Source: a virus. Taken from it: a stretch of DNA of 64,000 nt. The notes beneath the pieces are model-generated. The model did no database searches. It was not told the origin of the DNA and saw nothing but the letters and a program-made list of their open reading frames with translations. The stretch's first letter is position 1. Each line of letters begins with the position of its first letter. Position numbers and translations under genes: made by a program. The stretch lies in the IMG/VR virus record IMGVR_UViG_3300008266_009503, positions 1-64,000 of that record, one strand, 5' to 3'. This document shows, piece by piece, positions 35,707-43,904 of this stretch.

Positions 35707-36414
35707 TTACTTTACAGCTAAGTCAATATTCTTATAGAACTCCGCTCTTGCTGAATCTTCTTCTAAGAAACATCCTGATAGCTTTGTGGTTTGCATAGAA
35801 GCACCTTGGTGTTTAATTCCTCTACAACTAACACAGTTATGAGTAGCATTTACCATGACAGCTACACCTAGGTTCCCTTCGCAGATTTTATTTACAGCAT
35901 TGTGTATAGCTACAGTCAACTGTTCTTGAATTGCTCCCCTTCTTCCAAAATGCTCTACAATACGGTTCAGCTTACTCAACCCTACCACTCTTCCGTTCTC
36001 ACTAGGGATATACGCAATCGATACAAGACCAGAAATCGTTTCATGATGGTGACTACAAACACTAGTAACAGGTATATTACTTTCCTGCACTATTCCGGTA
36101 TATCCATCACTAGGAAAACTTGTTATCTCCGCTAGAGGATTAAACCTGCCGGCGAATTTATCATTTACATAAGCTTTAGCTACTCTTCTCGGAGTATTAG
36201 AACTATTAGGATCATTCTCCCAATCCACACCCAATGCAGTTAAGAAGTTACCGTAATGCTTTGCTGCTTCTTCAATAATATAGTACTTATCGCTATCAGT
36301 CAGGGAGTGCTCTCCTCTTAAAATAGCATCTCTTAGGTAAGTACTAATACCATTAGCATGACCTGCTTGCGCTAATTCTAATTCTTCGATGTTTATGTGT
36401 TTGTCTCTATTCAT
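35707..36414 (-). CDS. folE: GTP cyclohydrolase I
   Basis: TPRRVAK, SVCSHH, VGLSKLNRIV, QEQLT, HNCVSCRG. Confidence 0.95.
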   Translation of the reverse strand: MNRDKHINIEELELAQAGHANGISTYLRDAILRGEHSLTDSDKYYIIEEAAKHYGNFLTALGVDWENDPNSSNTPRRVAKAYVNDKFAGRFNPLAEITSFPSDGYTGIVQESNIPVTSVCSHHHETISGLVSIAYIPSENGRVVGLSKLNRIVEHFGRRGAIQEQLTVAIHNAVNKICEGNLGVAVMVNATHNCVSCRGIKHQGASMQTTKLSGCFLEEDSARAEFYKNIDLAVK

Positions 36415-36421
36415 ACGTATT

Positions 36422-36940
36422 TTATAAGTAATTAGAAATTTGATTTAGACGCTGTTCTACCGTTCCTGTTAAAGTTACGATTTTTTCTGCAGGAATATGC
36501 TCCTTAATAAAATCTTGTATAACTCTATCAATCTTAACCTGTAATTCCTGCCAAACACCGCCTGGCCTTTCGTCGTCTATTACGTAGTCAAACTCAATAG
36601 GAATATAGAAAAAGTATTCCACTTGGTGCTTAGTTTGCTGAAATAGCTCTAACATTCCAGTAACATCCACGTCAGGAGCTACAATTTGAGAGTATATAAT
36701 ACAGTCTACAATACTTCGAGTACTTATTACATTCTTATGAGATAAGTAATTTTGATAAGCCCAAGCAGATAATTCGTTAATTACAAACTGCTTTTCGTTA
36801 TTAGTAAACTCTAAGTATTTAGCAATCTTAGTAACAGGCCTTGAGAATCCGTCTGTAACGTAGTAATCAGGAAACCGAGTAGGTACTTCCTTAAGTAAGG
36901 TAGTTTTACCGGTTCCATGCGAACCAATTAGTATTTTCAT
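36422..36940 (-). CDS. P-loop NMP-kinase-like protein (NadR/AAA_28-like)
   Basis: GSHGTGKTT Walker A; RSIVDCIIY; DDER. Confidence 0.7.
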   Translation of the reverse strand: MKILIGSHGTGKTTLLKEVPTRFPDYYVTDGFSRPVTKIAKYLEFTNNEKQFVINELSAWAYQNYLSHKNVISTRSIVDCIIYSQIVAPDVDVTGMLELFQQTKHQVEYFFYIPIEFDYVIDDERPGGVWQELQVKIDRVIQDFIKEHIPAEKIVTLTGTVEQRLNQISNYL

Positions 36941-36968
36941 GAGAATGTTTTAGTAAAAGTAAGTACCT

Positions 36969-37526
36969 TTATTCGAAGTTCCAATTATTTTTGAAAAATC
37001 TTATCCAGGAATCGAGGGAAGTTCCGCGAAGTAGGTTGTACATATCGTCTAAACTCTGTGCAGTATTTGAAATAGCAGCGAATCTCACTACCTCTCCTTC
37101 GTCAACTCCTTCTGTTACTTTGTGTACTACAGATCCGATAGTATCATACTTTCCTTCCCAAGCCCTGATTTGAGGATCTTTTCCTTTTAACTCTGGAAAA
37201 TAAGTAATCAGTCCAGGATGTCCGTTGTAAATCTTGCCAGTTAAGTACTGAAATAACTCTGGAGGTAGTATTCTCAAAAAGCCATGCAACGTAATTAACT
37301 TCTTTTCTAGTAGTTCTGGAATAAGATAATCTTCTAGAGTAGGTCTAAACGGCATCTCTTTTACGGTCACCCCTAATTCTACAAGAGATTTTAAGGTCTC
37401 TAGGGGCATCTTACGTATGTTATTGGTAATAAGAAGACTGGGGAGAAACCCAGTCTCTTTACTTATAGCAATAACTTCTGATCCGGTCTGCGAGATAAGT
37501 ACTCCCCAGTCTTTACATACTTTCAT
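36969..37526 (-). CDS. PurN-like formyltransferase (DpdN-like preQ1 formyltransferase candidate)
   Basis: GFLRILP, YNGHPGL, VVHKVTEGVDEGEV; translationally coupled to queF. Confidence 0.8.
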   Translation of the reverse strand: MKVCKDWGVLISQTGSEVIAISKETGFLPSLLITNNIRKMPLETLKSLVELGVTVKEMPFRPTLEDYLIPELLEKKLITLHGFLRILPPELFQYLTGKIYNGHPGLITYFPELKGKDPQIRAWEGKYDTIGSVVHKVTEGVDEGEVVRFAAISNTAQSLDDMYNLLRGTSLDSWIRFFKNNWNFE

Positions 37527-38446
37527 TACTGTCCCATTGCTTTTTTAGTGTAATAGTTTTTAGACCTTAAAGCTACCGGAATAAGTGCTTCTTTACTTGC
37601 ACGTACTGGACAGATATCTAGAGACCCTCTTCGTGCATAAAGTAGCATTACGCAGCAATCCTGTACTAGAGGGTTAGACATAATCTCAGTATAGAGCTTT
37701 TCTGCACAAAACTCATGAAACTCGTTTACTTCCCGTAGGGAGATAACTAACTTCAAAAGTTCTTTTTCTTTAATTGATCCTTCTTTAGTTATAATCTGAA
37801 AATAAGCAGCTCCAGTATCTTTTTGCTTTGTATGCCTGCAGCGAGACCTAAGTATGTTAGTAAAGAAAGAGATATCTTCACTTGCTTCACCGTCTTGTGC
37901 TACAATCTCATACTTCCCTGAAGCGTTGTAGTCGCTTATTTCCATAGAAGCTAATTCTTTATCCGAAATATAACCGTATAGATCAATAAAACCTTCTGTT
38001 GGGTTACCTTCTAGCATTTCATCGTCTCCAGAACCGAAGAAAGCGACTTCTACGGGGGCTCCAATACAGGCGCTAATATCCTTCTTTACTTGGTTTTCAT
38101 AATTAGCAACAGCTTCAGGAATAGTAGCTCCCATCTTACACATGTCAAACGTATTCAAGTAGAGCTTAAAGGATTTAGACTCTACCATAAATTCAGAACT
38201 TGCAGGACATACTATTTTCAATGTACCTGCTAGAGGAAGACCATTGTTAAGCAGGAAAGTAGCTTCGTGGCAATGCCATACATCATATCCTACAAATTCA
38301 TCTCCTTTAATACCCCAATCTTGACGTGCAAGAATACGCGGCATAGGATTAAGTTGTGAAGCATCAAACTGGTCTGTATAGACAGCATACGAGTTGGCCG
38401 AGCCAAGAGATTTAGCGGCGGCATCTGACATGTTATTAATTGACAT
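37526..38446 (-). CDS. queF: NADPH-dependent preQ0 reductase, bimodular type
   Basis: VESKSFKLYLN QueF motif, LRSRCRHTKQKD (Cys/Asp), FHEFC, YARRGSLDI. Confidence 0.9.
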   Translation of the reverse strand: MSINNMSDAAAKSLGSANSYAVYTDQFDASQLNPMPRILARQDWGIKGDEFVGYDVWHCHEATFLLNNGLPLAGTLKIVCPASSEFMVESKSFKLYLNTFDMCKMGATIPEAVANYENQVKKDISACIGAPVEVAFFGSGDDEMLEGNPTEGFIDLYGYISDKELASMEISDYNASGKYEIVAQDGEASEDISFFTNILRSRCRHTKQKDTGAAYFQIITKEGSIKEKELLKLVISLREVNEFHEFCAEKLYTEIMSNPLVQDCCVMLLYARRGSLDICPVRASKEALIPVALRSKNYYTKKAMGQ

Positions 38447-38466
38447 AAACTTTGTTTTTTATTAAA

Positions 38467-39129
38467 TTAAGGTATTTTATTTAACTTTCCAACTTTTTTA
38501 TAAGGACCTCTAGGCTTGCTAATCCGTTTTTTTCGAATTACTAACCTCATCTTTTCTTTTGTTTCTTCAGAATGGACGTATTTACCTACGTTACCTTTGT
38601 TATTGCTAGGCTTTCCTTTCTTGCTTTCAGACATCTTTTTTTTAGTTTCGTCCGAGCGTTTTTTATCCCTATTACTCTGCTTTATTTTTTCAATCGTCTC
38701 TCTAGAATGAAATTTACCTAGCATACCTCTAGAAGGATTTTGCTTAGCTATTTCAGATCTTTTAAGCCTTGCTGCTTGAGATAGTGTTCTATCTGATTTA
38801 GAAAAAAGTTCTTTCGCTTCTTCGTATACCCTGTTACCAGCCTTACCTCTCTTCTGGTACTGGTTCCCGCTATTACACATTTTGTAAAAAGTGTAGACTG
38901 CTTTCTTATTTGTAGGGTATATTCGTGCTAGTAGCCAATGACATAAAAAATGCTCTCGAGCAGTTAACAGTACAAGGTTAGGATGCCATTTCCATTGATG
39001 GGCTTTTCCTTCTCCGCCTAAAAACTTAGGACGTATATGGTGAGCTTCGTAGTAAGACCCGTTTCCCCTACTACGGCACTCTTTCTTAGCTTTTTCAATA
39101 ATCTGATCGTAAATTTTTTGATAGTCCAT
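38467..39129 (-). CDS. Free-standing HNH homing endonuclease with NUMOD3 repeats
   Basis: YEAHHIRP...NLVLLTAREHFLCH; HSRETIEKI, SDETKKKMS, HSEETKEKM. Confidence 0.88.
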   Translation of the reverse strand: MDYQKIYDQIIEKAKKECRSRGNGSYYEAHHIRPKFLGGEGKAHQWKWHPNLVLLTAREHFLCHWLLARIYPTNKKAVYTFYKMCNSGNQYQKRGKAGNRVYEEAKELFSKSDRTLSQAARLKRSEIAKQNPSRGMLGKFHSRETIEKIKQSNRDKKRSDETKKKMSESKKGKPSNNKGNVGKYVHSEETKEKMRLVIRKKRISKPRGPYKKVGKLNKIP

Positions 39130-39224
39130 ACAGTAAAAAATTGGCTCTTAGTCTAAGAGAGTACGGCAATACTCAATTAAACCTCGAGCCAAAAGTTTAT
39201 AGCTGTTGCCGCAGCTTTTACTGT
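39130..39224 (-). ncRNA. Structured 5' leader with kissing loops upstream of the HNH gene
   Basis: ACAGTAAAA/TTTTACTGT closing stem ending at ATG; AGCTG-CGGCAA-CAGCT and GAGTA-TTGCCG-TACTC hairpins with complementary loops; TTGGCTC/GAGCCAA stem. Confidence 0.75.
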
Positions 39225-39240
39225 AATAAATATTTAAAAG

Positions 39241-40017
39241 CTACAAATAATTTCTAAAAGTTTTTACGTTTTTAAAAATTAAATCTAACTGCTCTTCTTT
39301 TAACTCGATATCAAGATTATCAGCAAGCTTAGCTTTAGGTTTAGGAGTAGTTAACCCGTGAGGACCTAGTTCACTACCTACCCACCCGTTTACGACAGGG
39401 GAACTTGTATCTAGGGAATATATGAGGTTAGTTATATGCCTCTGATTATACTTATAGAGTATAAATTCGACAGGGTTTTGACATCCTAGTAGGTGGAATT
39501 TAGGCATTTTACCTGAAAACTTAAACCTATTAGCATACCACCAGTTTAGAAACCTAAACCTAACTGTTACGTAATCTGAATCAGGTACTAGATCAAAAGG
39601 TAATGCAATAATATCTACATTTTTTTGCATATACAAATCAATGCAATCAGCAATTTGATCAAAAGTCTCTCCTTGACATACGCCGATATAATTTAACTTA
39701 TCAGACGCAAACTCATCGAGGTATTTTATAGCATTGCTTACGGTCTGATCATGATCGTTTACCTTATCCGGAAGTACGAGGTGAGTAGGCTTGTACGCCT
39801 CTCCTAACTCATATAACTCTTCCATTGGAATAGACTGCCCTAATTCAAAAGCAGAATTGTCTAGGATAGAATAAGGGGCTGTTTGTAACTTCTCTTTATA
39901 AAACTCTGCATACTCCTTATCTTGATTTAGCAAATGACCTAACACGTAAGGGTAATCGCTAATTAAATCGTGGTAAGGAAATAACTGCTTTGGAATTTCG
40001 TGACTAATCTGTATCAT
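39241..40017 (-). CDS. TGT-fold 7-deazaguanine transglycosylase-like protein (DpdA family)
   Basis: ILDNSAFE, LVLPD, VCQG, HLLG, SLDTSS; embedded between queC and queF. Confidence 0.7.
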   Translation of the reverse strand: MIQISHEIPKQLFPYHDLISDYPYVLGHLLNQDKEYAEFYKEKLQTAPYSILDNSAFELGQSIPMEELYELGEAYKPTHLVLPDKVNDHDQTVSNAIKYLDEFASDKLNYIGVCQGETFDQIADCIDLYMQKNVDIIALPFDLVPDSDYVTVRFRFLNWWYANRFKFSGKMPKFHLLGCQNPVEFILYKYNQRHITNLIYSLDTSSPVVNGWVGSELGPHGLTTPKPKAKLADNLDIELKEEQLDLIFKNVKTFRNYL

Positions 40018-40020
40018 CTT

Positions 40021-40878
40021 TTATTTATTATGTTCTGCTAATACATTTTCAACGTGTGCTCTAGCTACTTCCCAGCTAACAGGACCTCTTTCATCAGCAT
40101 AATCTACAGGATCAGGACGTCCTAGTTTAATAAATGCTTCAATACGCTCTACTGATGCTGCTGATTTATAGTCGCTAAACCAGTACCCTTCTTTCGATTC
40201 ATACAGAACTATGTCTCCATCTAATGTCTGAGCTTTAGGAATCCAAATAGGTTTATAGCTTGTATTGGTTCTTTTGTATACTTCATCAAAGTTAATACCA
40301 AGCTTCTCACAACACTCGAGACCGTCTTTTAAAATATCGAACTTATTAACTTCCAAATAAGGCGTGTAATAAGAAACGCGATCAGCATGCCAGTTACCAA
40401 CCCTAAAAGCGGTATCATCTGCATCACGGAATTCTTGACGGCAGTCCGGGTAGATAGCATGATCGCCTGCATGAATACCCATAGCGATTTTAACTTCTGT
40501 TTCATTTTTAGTGGCAATTGATAAAGCTACCGCCTGAATAAGCGAGCTAAAAATTTTATTACGGTTAGGTACTACAGTATCTTTCATATTATCCTGTTCG
40601 TAGTGTCCTTCGGGTATATCCCATCCGCCTTCTACAAGGGCTGAATTGAGTAGTTGAGTAATACCGTCAATCTTAATTACCTGGTGTCTCACATAAGGAG
40701 TAGTACAGTCTGAATTAAGATACTCGATCAGAGATTTAGCTCTTTCAAGCTCTACTCTATGTTTTTGTCCGTAGTCAAAGCTAAGAGCTGTTACTTCATA
40801 ACCGTTTGCAAGAAGGTGAAGAAGGAGAGAACTTGAGTCCATTCCACCTGACAGTGATAATACTGCTTGTTTTTTCAT
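40021..40878 (-). CDS. queC: 7-cyano-7-deazaguanine synthase
   Basis: SLSGGMDS, FDYGQKH, VPNRN, YPDCR. Confidence 0.93.
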   Translation of the reverse strand: MKKQAVLSLSGGMDSSSLLLHLLANGYEVTALSFDYGQKHRVELERAKSLIEYLNSDCTTPYVRHQVIKIDGITQLLNSALVEGGWDIPEGHYEQDNMKDTVVPNRNKIFSSLIQAVALSIATKNETEVKIAMGIHAGDHAIYPDCRQEFRDADDTAFRVGNWHADRVSYYTPYLEVNKFDILKDGLECCEKLGINFDEVYKRTNTSYKPIWIPKAQTLDGDIVLYESKEGYWFSDYKSAASVERIEAFIKLGRPDPVDYADERGPVSWEVARAHVENVLAEHNK

Positions 40879-40930
40879 TGTTAAAATAATTAAAATATAG
40901 AGCGTATTATTTTATGAATCGATTAGCTCT

Positions 40931-41143
40931 TTAACCGATTTTTTTATCTTCTTTCTTACTAATCTCCTGCTGCATAGATATTATTTGTGCAGCTAGACTA
41001 GCAGCTAAAGTTCCGAGCTGGGTCCAGAGATGGTCGCATTCTTTTTGAAACTTAAAAATTACTCTCCACTGCCAAACTTGTATAGCCATTAGGATTAAAA
41101 TAATAGCTACATAAACGTGTTCAGAACCTATTGTAAATGTCAT
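40931..41143 (-). CDS. Small membrane protein
   Basis: N-terminal TM helix. Confidence 0.5.
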   Translation of the reverse strand: MTFTIGSEHVYVAIILILMAIQVWQWRVIFKFQKECDHLWTQLGTLAASLAAQIISMQQEISKKEDKKIG

Positions 41144-41155
41144 ACTATAAAGATA

Positions 41156-41410
41156 CTACTTCTCTTCTGAATTAGCAACTGTCTCTCTCATAAAGTTATA
41201 AGCTTCTGGAGTTCCTGGAAAAGCTATAAAATTAGGTTCATTCATAGCTCTTTGTAGAATCTTAATAGTCAAATCTCTATTACGGGCATCTATCATAAGA
41301 GGTTCAAAAACAAATTCAGTATTAGAACCTTTCTTACGAACTAAGTAGTAGAGGCTTCCTGCGCCTACATGCTTAATTGCTTCGTAAAAACTTTCAGCTG
41401 TTGTTTGCAT
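41156..41410 (-). CDS. Hypothetical protein
   Basis: Operon-coupled ORF. Confidence 0.5.
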   Translation of the reverse strand: MQTTAESFYEAIKHVGAGSLYYLVRKKGSNTEFVFEPLMIDARNRDLTIKILQRAMNEPNFIAFPGTPEAYNFMRETVANSEEK

Positions 41411-41636
41411 AATATAGGTGTCTTACTTTTTTTCCTAGTTCTTGATCGTTAGGTGTATCGTGAATTATCTTCTTTGGAATGAAGAAATGTGTCTTTTCTT
41501 CTGGGTTATCGTAGCAAAGTCTGCAGAGTTGACCCATTCCTTTAATGTAGCCGTATCTAAAATCAATGTGAGTATCGACAGTGTATGGAGTTTCACCTCC
41601 ACATATTATACAATTTTCTGTTTGTGGCATATTCAT
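41394..41636 (-). CDS. Small zinc-finger protein
   Basis: CIICG...GQLCRLC...TPND. Confidence 0.55.
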   Translation of the reverse strand: MNMPQTENCIICGGETPYTVDTHIDFRYGYIKGMGQLCRLCYDNPEEKTHFFIPKKIIHDTPNDQELGKKVRHLYYANNS

Positions 41637-41739
41637 TGGTTTTTATCTTGTTTATCTGCATACCACATGGCTAACTTCAACATACCTAGCGGTACTGCAA
41701 AGGTTACTACTACTCCTAATATTAGATAAGGAACATTCA

Positions 41740-42576
41740 CTATACATTCAATGTTTTATTCCAAGCAGCAATATGTAATCTAGTCAATCCACGGAATTTA
41801 TATTTCTTAGCCATTTCAAGAACGAACTGTGTACGCTCTTCAAAGTTAGCTACATCATCCAAACCAGGCATGCAAACTACATTTTTAAGAGGTATGCTAA
41901 ATGGTACGACAAAGTCCCTAAAAAGTTCCAATACATCTTCTTCATTGCTGATTACGAATTTAAATTGATAATTTTTATGTTCCATTACTCGCCTAATAGC
42001 GGCTTCGTTGATACGTTGTTTAGCTTCTAGTCCTGAATTGGATAGCTTGGGTGAGCAGTTAATTTGATCAAGCATAGTGAATAGCTTGTCTTCAATTTTA
42101 ACTGTACCGTTTGTTTCAATTTCATAGAACGGACTAACAGTATTATCAAGATGTTTACCTAACCAGTAGTTAGTGAAGTTAACAATTGCTTGCTGATGAC
42201 CTTTAATTGTTGGTTCTCCACCCGTCCAAATAATATGAATTACACCGTTTAGAATATCATCGTAAATACCTTCATCTTTCCAGCGTTTAATTAGATAGTC
42301 AAATTCTTTATCTTCGCCTCTCCACAACCATTGGCTTGTAGAATCACAAGTCCAAGTTGCTTTACCTTCAGCCTGTAAATCACCGACGAATATTTCACCG
42401 TCTTCAAGCTTTTGTTCTTTAGCAAGTTGGTTAGCAAACTGACGAGACATTCCGCAAGTTAAGTTACAGATACCTAGACGAACAAAGTAAGAAGGTACTC
42501 CAGAGGAGATTCCCTCTCCTTGTACAGAATAAAAGTCTGAACTAATTAAAAGTTTACTTGAATCTATTTTACTCAT
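41740..42576 (-). CDS. queE: 7-carboxy-7-deazaguanine synthase (radical SAM)
   Basis: FYSVQGEG, RLGICNLTC...WTCDS (CxxxC with long insert), TGGEP, IETNG, SPKL. Confidence 0.9.
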   Translation of the reverse strand: MSKIDSSKLLISSDFYSVQGEGISSGVPSYFVRLGICNLTCGMSRQFANQLAKEQKLEDGEIFVGDLQAEGKATWTCDSTSQWLWRGEDKEFDYLIKRWKDEGIYDDILNGVIHIIWTGGEPTIKGHQQAIVNFTNYWLGKHLDNTVSPFYEIETNGTVKIEDKLFTMLDQINCSPKLSNSGLEAKQRINEAAIRRVMEHKNYQFKFVISNEEDVLELFRDFVVPFSIPLKNVVCMPGLDDVANFEERTQFVLEMAKKYKFRGLTRLHIAAWNKTLNV

Positions 42577-42768
42577 TTATAAAAATTTTTCTTTTTTAAG
42601 TTTATTATAAGTTGCGTTAGCTATAGCCAAAGTCCATAACACAAAGCATAGCCTTCCAATCCATCCCCAACTAACAATACTAGACTCCCATGTTATAAGA
42701 GCTATGCAAATATAAGGTACAACTATAGCACCAACGGCTATTAGACAATAGACTAAGAACTTTCTCAT
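42577..42768 (-). CDS. Small two-TM membrane protein
   Basis: Two hydrophobic helices. Confidence 0.5.
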   Translation of the reverse strand: MRKFLVYCLIAVGAIVVPYICIALITWESSIVSWGWIGRLCFVLWTLAIANATYNKLKKEKFL

Positions 42769-42790
42769 CTGAATAATGTTTTTATATAGG

Positions 42791-42822
42791 TGAATATAGG
42801 ATTTAATTGGGGTGTTTCCAAC
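42791..42822 (-). promoter_or_regulatory. Bacteroidota-type promoter (GTTG-N20-TATATTCA)
   Basis: Same 20-nt spacing as the other copies. Confidence 0.5.
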
Positions 42823-42893
42823 AAAAAAGCAGCAAGTGAGGGATGACTATCTCCACAAAAGCCTAGTGTGTGACTAATTACTTCTACCATAGT

Positions 42894-43208
42894 TTATTTA
42901 TAATGTTGTAACTTAGCTCTATACTTATCAATCTGAATTTGACAATACCATTTACCTAACCAGCTACTAGCTTCAGCGTACTTTTTTTCCCACTTTTCTA
43001 TATTCCTGAATACAGGTCTATTTGCTTTATTAATAATGTCTATATCGTAGTAGCTATCATTTTCTAACATACTCTCTTCCCAATGCCCTTCTGTATAGGG
43101 AGGAGGAGCTTGTTCAGCCTTTTCAATAAATTCTTTTTTCTTACTGTTCTTGGTAGATTTTTTATTCTGCATATATGGCGGTATTTTTACTGTGTTCCAT
43201 AAATTCAA
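42894..43208 (-). CDS. Hypothetical protein
   Basis: ORF downstream of queD; true start may be later. Confidence 0.45.
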   Translation of the reverse strand: MNLWNTVKIPPYMQNKKSTKNSKKKEFIEKAEQAPPPYTEGHWEESMLENDSYYDIDIINKANRPVFRNIEKWEKKYAEASSWLGKWYCQIQIDKYRAKLQHYK

Positions 43209-43626
43209 CCTTTGCAGCCCGTACTCTACCCTCGGTCTCTACCTGTACAAAAGTATTAATTTTCTCAAAAATAAATTTTGCAAATTGCTCCGCTCCGACG
43301 CCAGGAATAACTCTTAATTGAATAATACCTTGCTCATGCATTTTTTGAAATTCTGACAAGAAAGGATCGTCTTCGGCTACAAGGGTTGTATGGTCGAACA
43401 TATAATCCATCCACGCTTTAGGATTCATTCCGTCGATAGTACCTTGAGCACGTTTCATACCTCCGAAATCCCAAACCCAATTACGGTGATCTAAATCACC
43501 CTGAAACCATACTCTAAAGGATATTCCATATCCATGCATGAACCTGCAGTGGGTACCTGCTGCTTTCCATTGACGGAATACACAACTATAACCGTCAAAA
43601 ACTTTTGTTGATTGAAACTTAGGCAT
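43162..43626 (-). CDS. queD: 6-carboxy-5,6,7,8-tetrahydropterin synthase
   Basis: HCRFMHGY, VWDFG, FDHT, GAEQFA, VEFME. Confidence 0.9.
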   Translation of the reverse strand: MPKFQSTKVFDGYSCVFRQWKAAGTHCRFMHGYGISFRVWFQGDLDHRNWVWDFGGMKRAQGTIDGMNPKAWMDYMFDHTTLVAEDDPFLSEFQKMHEQGIIQLRVIPGVGAEQFAKFIFEKINTFVQVETEGRVRAAKVEFMEHSKNTAIYAE

Positions 43627-43669
43627 TTTAATAACTTTTTAATAAGATGGGATATACCTTTACTTAAAT

Positions 43670-43873
43670 TTACGGTTTTTCTTCTAAATAAGCAAATTTT
43701 TCTGCTACTTTATCGCTATTTCTTTTATGTCTTGGTTCAAAAGGACAGCTAGAGCATCCATTTCCACAGCACTTACCTCTTTGAATGTGAAAAAGGGCAG
43801 TAAATATAATCTGCCCTCTCTCTTTGTGGTAGTGAATTTCTTCTATAAAACCGTCTCTATAATGTGGTTGCAT
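43670..43873 (-). CDS. Cys-rich small protein (DUF5522-like)
   Basis: FHIQRGKCCGNGCSSCPF. Confidence 0.65.
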   Translation of the reverse strand: MQPHYRDGFIEEIHYHKERGQIIFTALFHIQRGKCCGNGCSSCPFEPRHKRNSDKVAEKFAYLEEKP

Positions 43874-43904
43874 AGTAGTTTGTACCTATTTTAATTTTTA
43901 CTAG

